64,000 nt of DNA, taken from positions 1-64,000 of the forward strand of contig NIVC01001001.1 of NCBI GenBank assembly GCA_002269645.1, in the 5' to 3' direction. This stretch comes from Macrostomum lignano (taxonomy: Eukaryota). Both the position numbers and the translations under genes were made by a program. The notes below the pieces were generated by a model. The model made no database searches. It was not told the DNA's origin and saw only the letters and a program-made list of their open reading frames with translations. Of the stretch, positions 24,916 to 37,815 are shown in pieces (within the stretch, counting starts at the first letter, position 1; each line of letters opens with the position of its first letter).

Positions 24916-25771
24916 CGTCGCAGGCGAATTGAGATTGGTGCCTCCGTCACTCATTACGCAATTCGCTGTAAAAAAGTGAAAAACAGCTTTTACATCAGTG
25001 TTGCTGCAGGCATTTGAAAAAAAATAGACGCAGCCGATAAAAAAAACGCAGGCAGTACTAAAAATTATAATGAAGCTCAGAACTACTCTATTGTACATTC
25101 ATGCCTGTGCCCTGCCTACGTGGGTGTGCTCTGTGTTTTTGCATATGTACACGGCACCGTGTAAAGCAACAATTTTCTTAACAAATCCGAAGCCTGCTGT
25201 CCTTAATTTTTAGATGCGAACTGCTAGTACATTACATGTTAGATGCCAGTCAGTAGCTAATACAAGTATTAAGAAGCTGTTCTCGAGTTGCACAACTGCA
25301 GGCTGTACCCTTGTCTGTTGAGCAAATAATGATGAACGACATCAAGGAGTTCGAGGAACAAATTTACATTGCACTATTAGTAGAATACAGAGAAATGATC
25401 TAGGCCCTGAAACATCCTAGCACTGTGCCCTGGACATACAACTATACTGTATAAATGCACACAAGTGACTAGCAGCCCTAGGATGATTAACAACAAGATA
25501 CATTAGCAACGAAACATGTTCTTATATCTAATGCATAATAGAAAATCACGACGATGCTGAGCAATACGATAGTAAAAAGGCTGAGAGTACATCAGTACAT
25601 TTTATTCCAAAATCAACACGGCTACCAGCCAACCAGCAGATGTCATAAATGGTCACATGCAAAAATTTATGTTTTTCCTCTTTAATCAGCAGCGGCCAGC
25701 GAGTGCACAAAAATTGGCCGATGGATATTGGCTAACAGACAAACTAGGATACGCAACTTATCCTGCACTTA

Positions 25772-26266
25772 TTGGGTTGTCCAGAAAGTTCTGTCCAATT
25801 TTTTCACATGGTCTAACTTCCTTATACTAAAACTTTCTTATCTATTATCCATTGTTGTTCATATTTGCCTATTAGCAATGCATGTTACTCACCTTTCTAC
25901 CACCACCTGCATCTAACTGAAAGTTGCTTCTTTCCAGCAAAGAATGGCACATGATAAGGAGCACCTTTTGCACTGCTTGCTCTATCTATCTATTCCGCGC
26001 CATTGACCGGCATCTGCAAGGCAAGAGCTTCGACAACAAACTGGCCCTCATCTCGGAGATCGGCAACTTTTTCGACTCTCGGCCAGAGCAGTTCTACAGG
26101 GACGGCGTTGGTTCCCTGCCACACCACACCGCTGGCGACAGGTGGTGGACCGTGGACACCGATGTCGCATACATTACCGACTGAAACCAGGTTATTCATG
26201 AAAAATAGTCGAACGAACATTTGTATAAAAAAATGGACAGAACTTTCTAGACATTGGACAACCTAT
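25772..26266 (+). mobile_element. Internally deleted mariner element nested in the hAT element
   Basis: TA-flanked TIRs TTGGGTTGTCCAGAAAGTTCTGTCCAATTTTT and AAAAATGGACAGAACTTTCTAGACATTGGACAACCTA. The ORF remnant YLFRAIDRHLQGKSFDNKLALISEIGNFFDSRPEQFYRDGVGSLP..RW resembles the mariner transposase C-terminus. Confidence 0.85.
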
Positions 26267-26557
26267 ACATATAAGAGCGACAGTGAGTACGTATACGTGC
26301 AATATGTGTATCTCGATCGATGACCGATGCAAACATACATGGAAACAGCACGACAACAACAATGCAACAACTTGAAGAATAAATGTAAAAATTCATGTCA
26401 TCTGTTACTCTTTCAGTTCTCACTATCTCTACCCTCTCAGTCACTCAAAGAGCAAGATTGCGAGCATAGCTGTTCGTAATAAAATGCATGTAAAATAAAA
26501 CTGATGCCTAGATCATACCTGGATGCATCTTTGTTGCAAACCCTGTATCCCCATATG

Positions 26558-26775
26558 CAGTGTTTGGCAAAGTTCATTTTTGGAAAAGTTCAATTCATTT
26601 TTAAAATGATATTGAAAGAATAGCAGAATGAGATCATTTTTAACTGTTTGGCAGTAGAATGAGGTAAAGAAATGGTTGTTACTCGAGCATGACTGACCAA
26701 GTAGGAAATGCCCTTGCATAAAGTTCAAAAGTTCGTTGTACGAAAGTTCCTTTTTCGTGAACTTGCCCAACACTG
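26558..26775. mobile_element. Old hAT-like MITE nested in the hAT element, ~218 bp
   Basis: Imperfect TIRs CAGTGTTTGGCAAAGTTCAT and GTGAACTTGCCCAACACTG; internal AAGTTC repeats; TSD degenerate. Confidence 0.6.
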
Positions 26776-26832
26776 CCTATCTATTTATGTCTATGTAAGC
26801 CCAAAAATCATTGTTACCAAAAGTTACCGGCG

Positions 26833-27166
26833 TCACTTTTTGAAATAACTGGCGATGGTAGACTCGGTCGCCTTCTCCTCCAACTTTCTCTTTTTCTCTT
26901 TGAGGCCCTCAGTCTCCTTCTCCAGTGTCTTGCGCTCAATCGCTAGGGCAGCTACCTGTCGCTGATATTCGTCAAGCATTGCGGCAGCTCTGTCCGCTTG
27001 CGCATCTACCTCCAGTCTCCTCTTCCGTATGCTCTCCTCCTTTGCCTGCAACTGTGCAGAGTGTGTTGCCTTCTTAATTTCCTGTGCAATTTCTACTGCC
27101 AACTCTCTCTCCTTTGCCAACTTCTTCTGCTTCTCCTCATTCTCCTCCCGCTGCCGCTCCAGGTGC
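26833..27166 (-). pseudogene. Terminal exon of a coiled-coil protein inside the hAT element, probably the transposase C-terminus
   Basis: Acceptor-like TGTTTACAG|CACCTG followed by an open frame HLERQREENEEKQKK...KKRKLEEKATESTIASYFKK*. No upstream exon lies inside the element. Confidence 0.5.
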
Positions 27167-29028
27167 TGTAAACAGCTAGCAAGTAAAAACGCAGAATGAA
27201 AAAAAACGCAGAAAAAAACGCACGAACGCAGATTTTTCAAAGAAAAAAACGCAGCTGCGTTAAAAACGCAGCCTGTAGCAACACTGTTTTACATCTTTTT
27301 AAAGCTTTTATAGTTTTCAAAAAAAAACTTCCAACATTGCACCAAACAGCAAATTATATATAGTTAATGCTGGGGCACCAGAAACTTTACCAAATAAATA
27401 GTTTATTTTAATAAAAAAAAACTGCAAATAGAATTGTACTGTTGCGCTTATAAACAGTCTAGTATGCATCTACTATATTCTGTGCGTGTAAAAGTAAGCC
27501 TATATTAATGTATTGTACTTTGCAATTCTAAAAATAGCATTAATTAACAGTTTTAAAAATCTTATTAAAACGCGAAGGCACAATGGCCGCAAATATTTAG
27601 ATAATATTATAGATTAGTTAAATATCTAATTAGAGAGAATGATGAAATCTATTGAATTTTTAATTAAAAACGGTTAAATTAAATTGTGTCAATAAACGCT
27701 CGTAAACCTACTGCAAGTATAATAGAAGCGTACTTTTCAATAAATAAATATGAAATGTTTCGGTCCGTCTGTTTGTCAGTAGATTAGCTGTGTTTAGTGC
27801 ATTAAATTCACAAAGCAATGTATATACGAGGTTGGGCCATAGACAATACGCAGTTTCTTGACTGAGAAACAACCCACCTTGCATAGAGAACTTTGCGTGT
27901 TGTCTATGGCCCAACCTACCCTCATTCTATTGTTTAACTTGACAGACAATAGAGACAACTATGCATTACATTCATTAGTTAATATTTGCAAAACAGAGAA
28001 CTACTAACCAAATAAACACAGTAAAGCCGAACTGTAGTTGCCAGTAAAAATAACCAATCAAGAGACACATCAATCAATCAACGCTAAGTACTTGGTACTT
28101 TCACTTCTTACGAGTTCAATACATCAGTGCTCATAATAAAAATATACTCGTATATATGGAATCTGTTTTATATACAGAATAAAAAGAGGAAAAACTGTAT
28201 AAAATAATTCGATCCATCACAATAATACTAACATTATAGTTACGACATAGCTGTAGTGAAAAAATCTTCCCCAAGATTCCCCATGGTCCCCAAGTTCGAG
28301 TCCAACGAGTAATTCAATAGTTACAAGTTTCTTTTTACTTTCTATAAGTTAATTGCATATCCGACAAAGCATAAAACAATAGAGGACAAACAGCAATACA
28401 AATATATATATAGAGATCCAAACAGCTAAATAAAATCATAAATGAGATTTTCAAGACAGTTCGAATAAATGTAGAACACACAGACAGTGAAAGATGACTT
28501 ACTTACACACAACTGAAGTTATGTTTTTTTCTATAAAGCCTTGAGATAGACTTTCTATCTCCACAAAGATTTCACGCTAATAGCTTTCGATCCGATCCGG
28601 CCGGCTGGCGAGGGCCCCAAGCAAGGTAAGTTGCGAAATTGCCCACCAAAATAGACGTACTACTAATTAGGTGACGAGGCGTTTAGGTTTAACAATACAG
28701 TTATTGTTACTCCCGCCGTTTACCCACAAATTACGTTGTTTTTTCTTAGGTCTTAGATTTCCTTCAGGGGGATTGCGGATGTATGTTTACGAGTACATAT
28801 TATAGCTTGATGGTGTATAAATTCTCGCGTCATGGACAACCGAAGTACAAGGACGCTATATGCGACTTTCTTTAGAAATAATCTAACCATTTTGTAGCTC
28901 ATTTCTAATAAAATCAAATGTATCATTTTTCTACACTGTACTTCAGCTGCCCATGACTCGTGTACAGTTTAAACAGTCGCTTGCATTTAAAACCAACCAG
29001 AGATTAAAGAGGCAGCAAATGTAAGACT

Positions 29029-31999
29029 TTAGACAATCACAGCCAATTGCTGCTGCTCTGCTTTCACTCGATCTCTAGCAGCATTCAAGTCCGCTTCCGT
29101 AGCCGACTGTATCAAAAATGTTCGATTGAAGGAGCGCCATCGGCGACACAAACCAAAATAAGTCCTACACTGAACGTACATGAACAACAATCCGCCAGTG
29201 AAGCCAATGGCTACAACGACTAGTTTAGTCCAGAACGACCATTCCAACTTGCCGGAGCCAACTTCCATAGCGGTTTTCTCAATCAGCACGTACAGTGACC
29301 AGACTACGCAGGTCAGTGCGATGACGTGGAAAGCCACGCTGCAGATCACTTTCCGACGCTCCATTGGTGTCATGTCCAGTTTGCGCCACTGAGGAAATTA
29401 AAAAGTTAAAGTTAAGTTTAATTTCTAAATTAATTAGAAATTAAAAAAAATGTTGTTAAACTACTTGTCTTAAATTAAGTAGTATTTTATTATTCGACAC
29501 TGAGGCTAAATTCCTGGAAAAATCTTTTTTTTCATCACAAAGGCAATGATTGCATTTGATCTGGGGCAGTGAACAATAGAAAAATGATATTGATAAACAT
29601 TGCCTACATATTATTTTGTTATTTAGACAGAGCTAGGAATAGCTACTAATATGCGTTTAAGTGGAACTATACCTACAATAATGGCTTGAGAATACCTGCA
29701 TGCAACTTTTTAGAAAGAAATACACGTTGCACTTATTATTTTTCCTATCTCCGCAGTGCATTTTTTCCAGGAAATCGGCCTCCTAAAAAAACTACACGAT
29801 TTCTGAACGTAACGACCTGATATACTGCTAGTGGTCCTCATGTAAAAATTTACAATCATTAAAATATTAAGCTACTTATCAGTTAAGTAGTATAGAATAA
29901 TATTATCTGCACCAGTATTTACAGGACTGCTAGAGGGATTTTAAAAATCCCACGATATGTTTTGAATTGGGCGTTGGCTCAGATTTAAAAATAGAATTCG
30001 AAAATGACTCTATAGACGTTCACAAAGCCAATTTATTGATTGTCAATACCGGGTATAGATGCGTTTTAATCCCAACCTTCATATCTACCTTCATATCCTC
30101 AATCGATGGGAAGAGAATTCATCAAATGGCGAGAATCGTGTTATTTAGCTTTATAAATCCGTCCCATTCAACCGGAAGGTAAACAGGGCGAGATTGGCGG
30201 CTATGGTTAAAAGTACACACACACTGAGCAGTCTCACTATTAGCTAGCAAGCAAAAAGAAGTCACGAGACTCATCAAACAGGAGTGACACAATGTGCTTC
30301 CTTAGCTATAGGTGGAAAATTAATTACAAAGCAGTGACAAACTGAGAAGTCACGCCCTGCAGATCAATGCGAAAAGGCAAAGCGGAATTTTTGCTTCCTT
30401 GCTTTCCTGGATTTTCAAAGTACCAACTCCTAATTATTACTTATTAATTACCAGCTAGCTGAGCTGTCAAAGGTTTGGGGTAATAATGAATAAGTACTTA
30501 GGACCTTAGGTGTTCTAAGCAGACAACTGCATTTCTTAAAAGTGAACTGCAGAAGTATACATTCATTCCCCCTCTCCTTTTCTCAGTGTGACCTACTGAA
30601 AGCCGAGGACGTAGCAATATCCAGTACAGTTAGTCTATGGCACAAGCTATGAGACACTAATCAGTCTCTAACGCAAAACTTGCGCAAGTGTTACAGGACA
30701 CGGTTGCAATCGTTTTTTAAAATGATATTTACGCCCAATATACTTGATGCTATGTAGACGCTTAAAAGACGCTTCTATTTCTTCACTATATGCTGAACTT
30801 GTTGTTGTCAGTGATTGTCGCATTGTCAGTGAATTTAGCTGGTAAGTTTTGTCATACACAAGTTCGTTATAGAAAAAAATTCGATTTCTTAACAGCATCC
30901 TGAATGCACCGCGGATACGAAAAATACACGTCACTTACGGCCTCTAGCTCATTTCTAAGAAAAGCGAGTCTATAGGAGAGATGATGAAGGAAATGAGAGG
31001 GAATAGAAATTTCGACATGGAAATAAGGAAATTATTTGAACAAGAAAACTAGTCAATCGAATAATAAACAAACTAATCCTTCAAATAAACCAACTAATCA
31101 ATAGAACAAACAAACTAATCAATCTAATAGACAAATTAATCAATCAATCAAATAAACAAACCAATCAATCGAATAAACCAACTAATCAAATGTACCAACT
31201 AATAAAACAGATTTAGATTGATAACAGGTTTGAATATTATAACAAAGAAACTATATTTACAGTATTAAATTAAGCATAAAACAAAGCAGAAAATTCTTAC
31301 CTCACTTATAGGCTTAGTACTAACGCTCATAATGAATCCAAAGTGGCATAATTCGCACATTTTAATATCCTGAGATTTCACCCAGTACTGCAGACAGTCG
31401 CGGTGCACATACTTCAGTGTGCCGGAGCACAGGCAAGGCGATATCAACGGATTAGCGGCTGCAGTCTGACAGTCACTGTTATTGTCAGAAGCTGGCGCCA
31501 TTGCTTCTGTCTCAGACGAATGACAAATTCGACAGATAAGTTCGTTACTATCTGCGGCTGAATCTGTTGCGGCTGGTGAAGCTGATGGCATTGGCACAGC
31601 GCCGGCGCACAGAGTCAACGGCGTCAAGACAACTCCACAGTCGTCAATTGAGCGACCATAATTTGCTGCAGACATTGCAGCCGCGGTAGCATCCAAATCT
31701 GACGTGCTGGTAGCCGCCTGCTGGCTAGTGGGCAACACCGTGGACGTTGCCCGTTCTTCAGTGGTAGCAAAATTAGCTGCTTGATGATGATGCTGTTGCT
31801 GGTCAGTCAGAGATGCTGGCTGGTCAGCCTCATGATAGCTGTGCCTACGCCAATGACAGTTCTGATGCTGCAATGTGGCATCACTGACACTGATGCTGCC
31901 ATCCCTGGCAACAGGCAATGGCTGTGTATCATCGCTACTAGTAGAGCCTGGCAGTGTTTTACAGCTTAAAGCATTTCTCAATACAGCTTTTGCCTGCAT
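29029..31999 (-). CDS. MARCHF8: Membrane-associated RING-CH E3 ubiquitin ligase, MARCH1/8-like; exons 31999-31301 and 29388-29029, ~352 aa
   Basis: C4HC3 RING-CH ([32 protein letters not shown]) joined in phase 0 to [36 protein letters not shown]...[23 protein letters not shown], which holds two TM helices. Further upstream exons are possible. Confidence 0.9.
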
Positions 32000-32389
32000 T
32001 GCTTAATGCTTAGCCTTGTAGCAGAAACATGAAAATAAAAGTGAAATAATAAATTAATGACAATAAATGCAGAATAATTTATGGAGATCCTTAATAGGCA
32101 ATTCATTAAAACAAAAGCAACTAGATAACATTGGCACCAATGCATTATCTCTATTCTATGTATGATAAGTTCTAAGTTCCAAAAGTATAAGAGGGTAGAC
32201 CTATCAAACTTTCCTAAAAATATGACCTACAATACAGATTAAACTCAATATTCAAGCTACTTTTGGAGAAAATGAGCCCATTTTATAATATTAATCATTT
32301 ATTTTTTAGTAAAAAAAATTTGAATGAATTATCTATCTTAGTATTTTTATTTACTCTAATTTCCTTTTTTAAAGAGTTTTGCCAAAGTG

Positions 32390-33045
32390 GACAATATAGC
32401 TTTTTGGAACCAATTTGGGCTTATACCATTGAATTTAATCCGAGATACATTTGCCAATGTAACGGAGCTTTTGTCTATGGTAGCAAGGCTGGCACAATGG
32501 CATTCAATTTGGTCTAACTCTTGCCTTCTTGCAACTATATGTAGGCTGTTAGGTACTGCTAGAATGTTAGTATCTCTAACAACAATTTTGAGTCACTTTT
32601 TTTCAGAGCTCTTCTGATAGATGAAATCCGATGACTAAATGGAACTATCATTCAAATTTTGCTACCTTTTCTGCAACTTCATCAAAGGGTTTATCTTAAT
32701 TGCATCAAGTAGCAATTGGACCTAAGCCTCTAGCAACTTGCCTTGACAATAGCTATCCTTTTGCAAGCAATCTCTGCCAACAATGGTTTCTTTGTCCTTT
32801 TGGATATTCATATGCTTTGATCATAAGCCAATGGTACTCTTTTGGCAGCTTAGCATATAATCTACAATTCTGGAGCTGATCTTGTTTTTCTGCAGCAATT
32901 GTAATTATAGCTATAGACCAAATTAAATGCCACTATGCCAGCCTTGCTACTAGGCCTATTGACCAAAGCTCAATTACATTGGCAAACATATCTTAAATTA
33001 AATTTAATGCATGCAAGCCCAAATGGACTGCAAAAAAGCATATTA
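32390..33045. repeat. Degenerate inverted repeat, arms ~32390-32520 and ~32912-33045 (old TE relic)
   Basis: The reverse complement of the left arm (TAGACCAAATTGAATGCCATTGTGCCAGCCTTGCTAC...TTACATTGGCAAA) matches the right arm, with mostly transition differences. Confidence 0.7.
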
Positions 33046-35897
33046 CAATAGGCCTATATAGCTTAACTAAAGTAAAAGATAAACAAAAATTTAATACAAA
33101 TGGTATAATTTAATAAAAAATTATAATATAATATATCTATAAATTTAGGTAAACAAAATAAAAAAACTTAAGTTTAAACAATAAATAATAGTATGATTTT
33201 CTTAAATGACTTAAAAGTAGTCCCCCTTTGCTTCTTTCCTTCTCTTTGCTAGCTAGTTTTAGTTTTATACTTTTTAGGTTTTATTTATATTAAGCTTCAT
33301 TTTAAATCTATATATTTTTATTAAACCCAAATATTAGCCACATTCTTAGGCCTAGTCTAAATTTATTATACCCATACATGCGCAACCTCCGAAATTCCAT
33401 GCAACTTAGTTTCAACAAAAAATGCAATAGGCCTAGTTTTTGGCCAAAATGCAACTTACATATAAAAGAAACCCTAAAGCAAAATTAATGCAACTTTGGG
33501 TAAATGTCAGGAATAACTTATTTTATTAAATGCTTCATTATCTACTTAGTTGAATAAGTTGTTTTATTAAGGCAAAATGCCAAAATGCTTCATTATCTAC
33601 TTAGTATTAGGCCTTCTTATGTATTTATTTGGGTAGGCATTTTTGTGACTTACCTTGGTTGGCCTCTAAATTGGTTGGCCAGATTAGCCAACTTGGCTGA
33701 CTATTGCAATTGCACATGTATGTATGATTACACTATAGCCCCTAATAGCAATGACCTTCTCTACTATATTTTCAAGTTTATGCCAGAAATACAAATTTAC
33801 TTCATACTTGTATAGTATATATCAAGATAGTGATCAATTTTAGATAATGCTTATAGAACACCAAAAACCCCATTACATACATGCTAGCTTTGGTTCACAA
33901 TCATTTACATGCATTTGCTTCATTCAAATAATTGTAGGCCCTAAACCAAAATAGATACATAGGATCATCTTCAACTTCATGGACTCATTTTTGGAAATTG
34001 AATTCATGCACTAAAACCCTTTATATATAGGCCTATGGTGTCATATGCTAGCTTTGGTTCACAATCATTTACATATATTGTTTCCATTTATATGATCATA
34101 AACCAAAATGGATATATAGGACACTATACACAAGACACTGGGCCTAGATCTTCTATTCTATTCAGTTTCTCCAATGAACCAAATATACAGATATGCCATA
34201 TTTTTCAATTTTTGAAAAGGCCATTATTGCTGAAAAGAAAATTTACATAGCCTAGGATTATGAACAAAAATATGGGTGGAAAAATGATCAAACTGAAGGA
34301 ATGCCATTGAATTTATATGCTAAAGATTTAAAGGGCATAAAATGCCCTCGAGTTAAGTCAAAGGTTAGAAGTTAGAAAAAAGGTTAAAACTAATAATTAT
34401 CAAATCATTGGGCCTTGGGGTATACACCATATAGGCCTATGTATATGTATAATAGTACTAGGGTAGGCCCCTAGTAGGGTAGTAGCAGGGGGATTAAGGG
34501 TGTAGCCAAAATCGTCATATGATGATGATGACTTGAACAAATCTGGAAGACTTAAACATTTAAATATAACAAATTTGAGCAAATTATTTCCCCGGCCTAT
34601 TAAAGGCTCATTTAATTTGATTTCTTTATAGGCCCTATTTGACTGATTTTGATGGCTCATTTAATGGTAGTTTGAATAAGCCTATAAATCATTTTTAAAT
34701 TTGTTGGCAAACAAGAACATGCTGACGCCATAAGCTAAGATCATTGTGCAGCCAATGCAACACAGTATGACGATTTAGTGAATGCAACATTGTCCAATAC
34801 TGAGATGATGACAATTTAGATAATTTAGTTGTTTTTCTCGTAAGCCGCAGATGACAATCTTGTATATGACAACTTTGGCCAAAACCTATATAAATTCTAA
34901 TAGAATTATTAATTACTAAATAAAATTTGCATAATTTTTTGTAATAAAAGTCAAAACCAGGCCTATTATTAATATTAGGTCCCGCCTAGGCATCAAAAAG
35001 TTTGTATATTTCTATTTAATTTTCTCTCCAAATTTTTACTTAATGATATGATAAAAATAAGAAGCAAACTACTAAACTACTAGCACAGTGAATTTTTGAG
35101 TAGGCCCCACTGAGTCTGAAAATTATGAGATACAATGCAAGGTTTCTGTGTTCATTAAAATGTATTTTTAATCTTAACATCAGGCCTGCTGGCTAAACTA
35201 TTATGACTATAAACTACTGACGTACTGTATGCTGAGCTTTTTGCTTCAAGTGTTTGAGACGAATTAGATCATTGTTCATTGAATGTATATGTATGATGAT
35301 TGATGATGATAGGCCTAGTCTCAAATAGTCTCAAATTCAAATTCAATTATTTTTACAGTAAAATATATAGCAAATACGATTTAAAATTTTAGTGTATATA
35401 CTTCATAAAGCATACAGGAGGTAAAGTAGTTTTTATGTTTTTAGTGTTTTATAAATTAGCTTTTTAACCTCCTTTTTAACCTATTGTAAAGCCTATTTTT
35501 GATTTGTTTTAGTGAGTAGTTAATATTTCAAATCTACCCACTTAATTCTAAATTCTAATTCTAACTGTAAGTGTAACGTTGAATACGGGCCTTATAAGCC
35601 TAATAAGCCTAATAAGAATTTTTAAGTGTTAACAGATAATGTTATGATCGTAAACATATTATGCCCCTTTTCGTCATTAAGTATGAGTCTTCATGTTGTT
35701 GTGTTTATATTGAAATGGAGTTGAAAATTGGAATTGGATTATATTGAAAGAGTGTGGGTTGGTTCAAAATGTGCAGGTTTCAATAGCTTGTTTTTTATAA
35801 TGGTAATATTTCTTTAAAAATACAAATGGGAAACTGCATTAAATTGTTATATTCTTCATTTTTACTAAATGCTACACATTCAAAATAAGGTATAAAT

Positions 35898-36595
35898 CAA
35901 GGACGACTTAAGTAGAAGGACGGGAAACCTCGTTTCTTAGAAATTTTTTGAAGGCACTTTTTCCCGAAAAAATACACTGCGGAGATAGGAAATTTTCATT
36001 TTTTCAGCACAAAAATTGCTATAACTTTTGATAGGAGGCAGATCCAGTGTTGATCTTTTGATATGTTGTGCCTTTTTTATTGCTCTATCGATATTTATAA
36101 AGCTTTCCGTTCAGAAAATTAGGATTCTATGTTAATTTTTTATTCTACGTATATTTTCATGTGTCTTGTGCTTGAAATACATTAGAATGCCACGGCTTGG
36201 CTCTTTGATTTTATGAGTCTATTTTATCCTTCTTACCTGACTGTATAGCAAATAGTCGTAACATAGATGATAAAATAGATTCATAAAACCAAATATTAGA
36301 GCTGTGTCATGCATTTTTGTGATTTTTAGATACAGGAAATATACGTAGAATAAAAAATTAACATAGAATCCTAATTTTCTGAACGGAAAGCTTTATAAAT
36401 ATCGATAGAGCAATAAAAAAGGCACAACATATCAAAAGATCAACACTGGATCTGCCTCCTATCAAAAGTTATAGCAATTTTTGTGCTGAAAAAATGAAAA
36501 TTTCCTATCTCCGCAGTGTATTTTTTCGGGAAAAAGTGCCTTCAAAAATTTTCTAAGAAACGAGGTTTCCCGTCCTTCTACTTAAGTCGTCCTTG
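35898..36595. mobile_element. Foldback MITE with ~260-bp TIRs, copy 1 (hAT or P superfamily)
   Basis: Termini CAAGGACGACTTAAG...CTTAAGTCGTCCTTG; perfect 8-bp TSD GTATAAAT (35890-35897 and 36596-36603). Confidence 0.92.
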
Positions 36596-37815
36596 GTATA
36601 AATATGTCAAATTTATAATAATCACACAAATTATTATGCTTCTGAATAGCACAAAATTTTAGTAAATTTCTTTGCTAAAAAAAGAACATTTTAAAAGTTC
36701 AGGTAGAAAAGCAAGCTTGTAAGCAAATTTCCAGCCTGGAAAAAAAGTTGATTAAGAAAGATAATAAGAAAAATCAAAGGTAAAAAAGAAAGGGTTGGCA
36801 AATCAGCTTCCTTCTTGTGACTATTTTTATAAAAATATGAGTTAGCTAAACAAAAAGCCAAAAAAATTTATAGGTCTATCTAAAATTTTAGCAAAACTTT
36901 TTTGCAAGAAAAGAAATTTAAAGTTTAAATTGACTAATAAGGTAAAAAGTAAAGTAGATAATAAAGTGACTAATAAAGTCACTAAGGTGACAAATTAAAA
37001 GGAAAGGTAGCTATATAGGCTAGGCCTAGCCTAGCCCTAGGCTTACCAAAGAACGATTTTTTGTAGGCCTTTGTCCTACTTTTGATGATCAATGATCAGT
37101 GGTGATCTGTCCTATAAGGCTATTGAAAATTGCAAACATGCAATAATAAATAACTAAGGTATACTATGTTTGATTTTTTAATAGCCAATTTTTTATGTTT
37201 ACAACAGTGATATATGGCAGGTAATTTAATATAAATTATACTGTATACATTCTAGCAATTTAATATATATGCCAATATGTATTGCAAGTATCTATTCTTA
37301 TGATCCTAGCTTATATATGCAATAATTTTGAAATTTGTTACCACTTGATTATTGAAAACAGAAGATAAGAAAGAATATAGGATTTTTTAGATTTTTTCTA
37401 AAACTACTTTAAAGTTAAAATAAATAAATATATAATGACTAGGCTCATTATTATTAATTATAATTTTGTATTATATGGCCTTTTTAACATAGGCAAAGAT
37501 AAGAAAAGTATTTTAAGTCTGTCTAACATGTCCTATAAATGAATAACAGACAAAAGGTAGACAAAAGATGGTCTGTTGCCCTATTGGAGCAAATGAGGTG
37601 TATGCTAAAAGCATTTTATATAGATAAAAAACCCAACTGGTTTACCTACTAGTATGCATTTTAAAACATATTTAAAATATTCAAACTAGGAAATAATCAA
37701 ATTCAAAGTGCATAGCCATAAAGGTATTTTGCTATAGATTTTGTGTAAAAGCATTAAATGCATTTTAATTGCCTTTGATTCCATTCATCCCTTCTGCTAC
37801 TTAGCGTTGGCAAAC

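Larger units (their letters stand above)
24996..27286 (-). mobile_element. Non-autonomous hAT-type DNA transposon, 2291 bp
   Basis: TIRs CAGTGTTGCTGCAGGC and GCCTGTAGCAACACTG; perfect 8-bp TSD TTTTACAT (24988-24995 and 27287-27294); subterminal AAAAACGCAG repeats at both ends. Confidence 0.88.

Noticed and set aside
29735-29800. Short match to the foldback MITE arm (TTTCCTATCTCCGCAGTG)
   Set aside because: Only ~30 bp align, with no termini or TSD. It may be a relic of a related family, but I cannot define it as an element.
36191-36203. A 12-nt insertion in MITE copy 1 matching the SINE word CGGCTTGGCTCT
   Set aside because: Too short to distinguish templated capture from chance.
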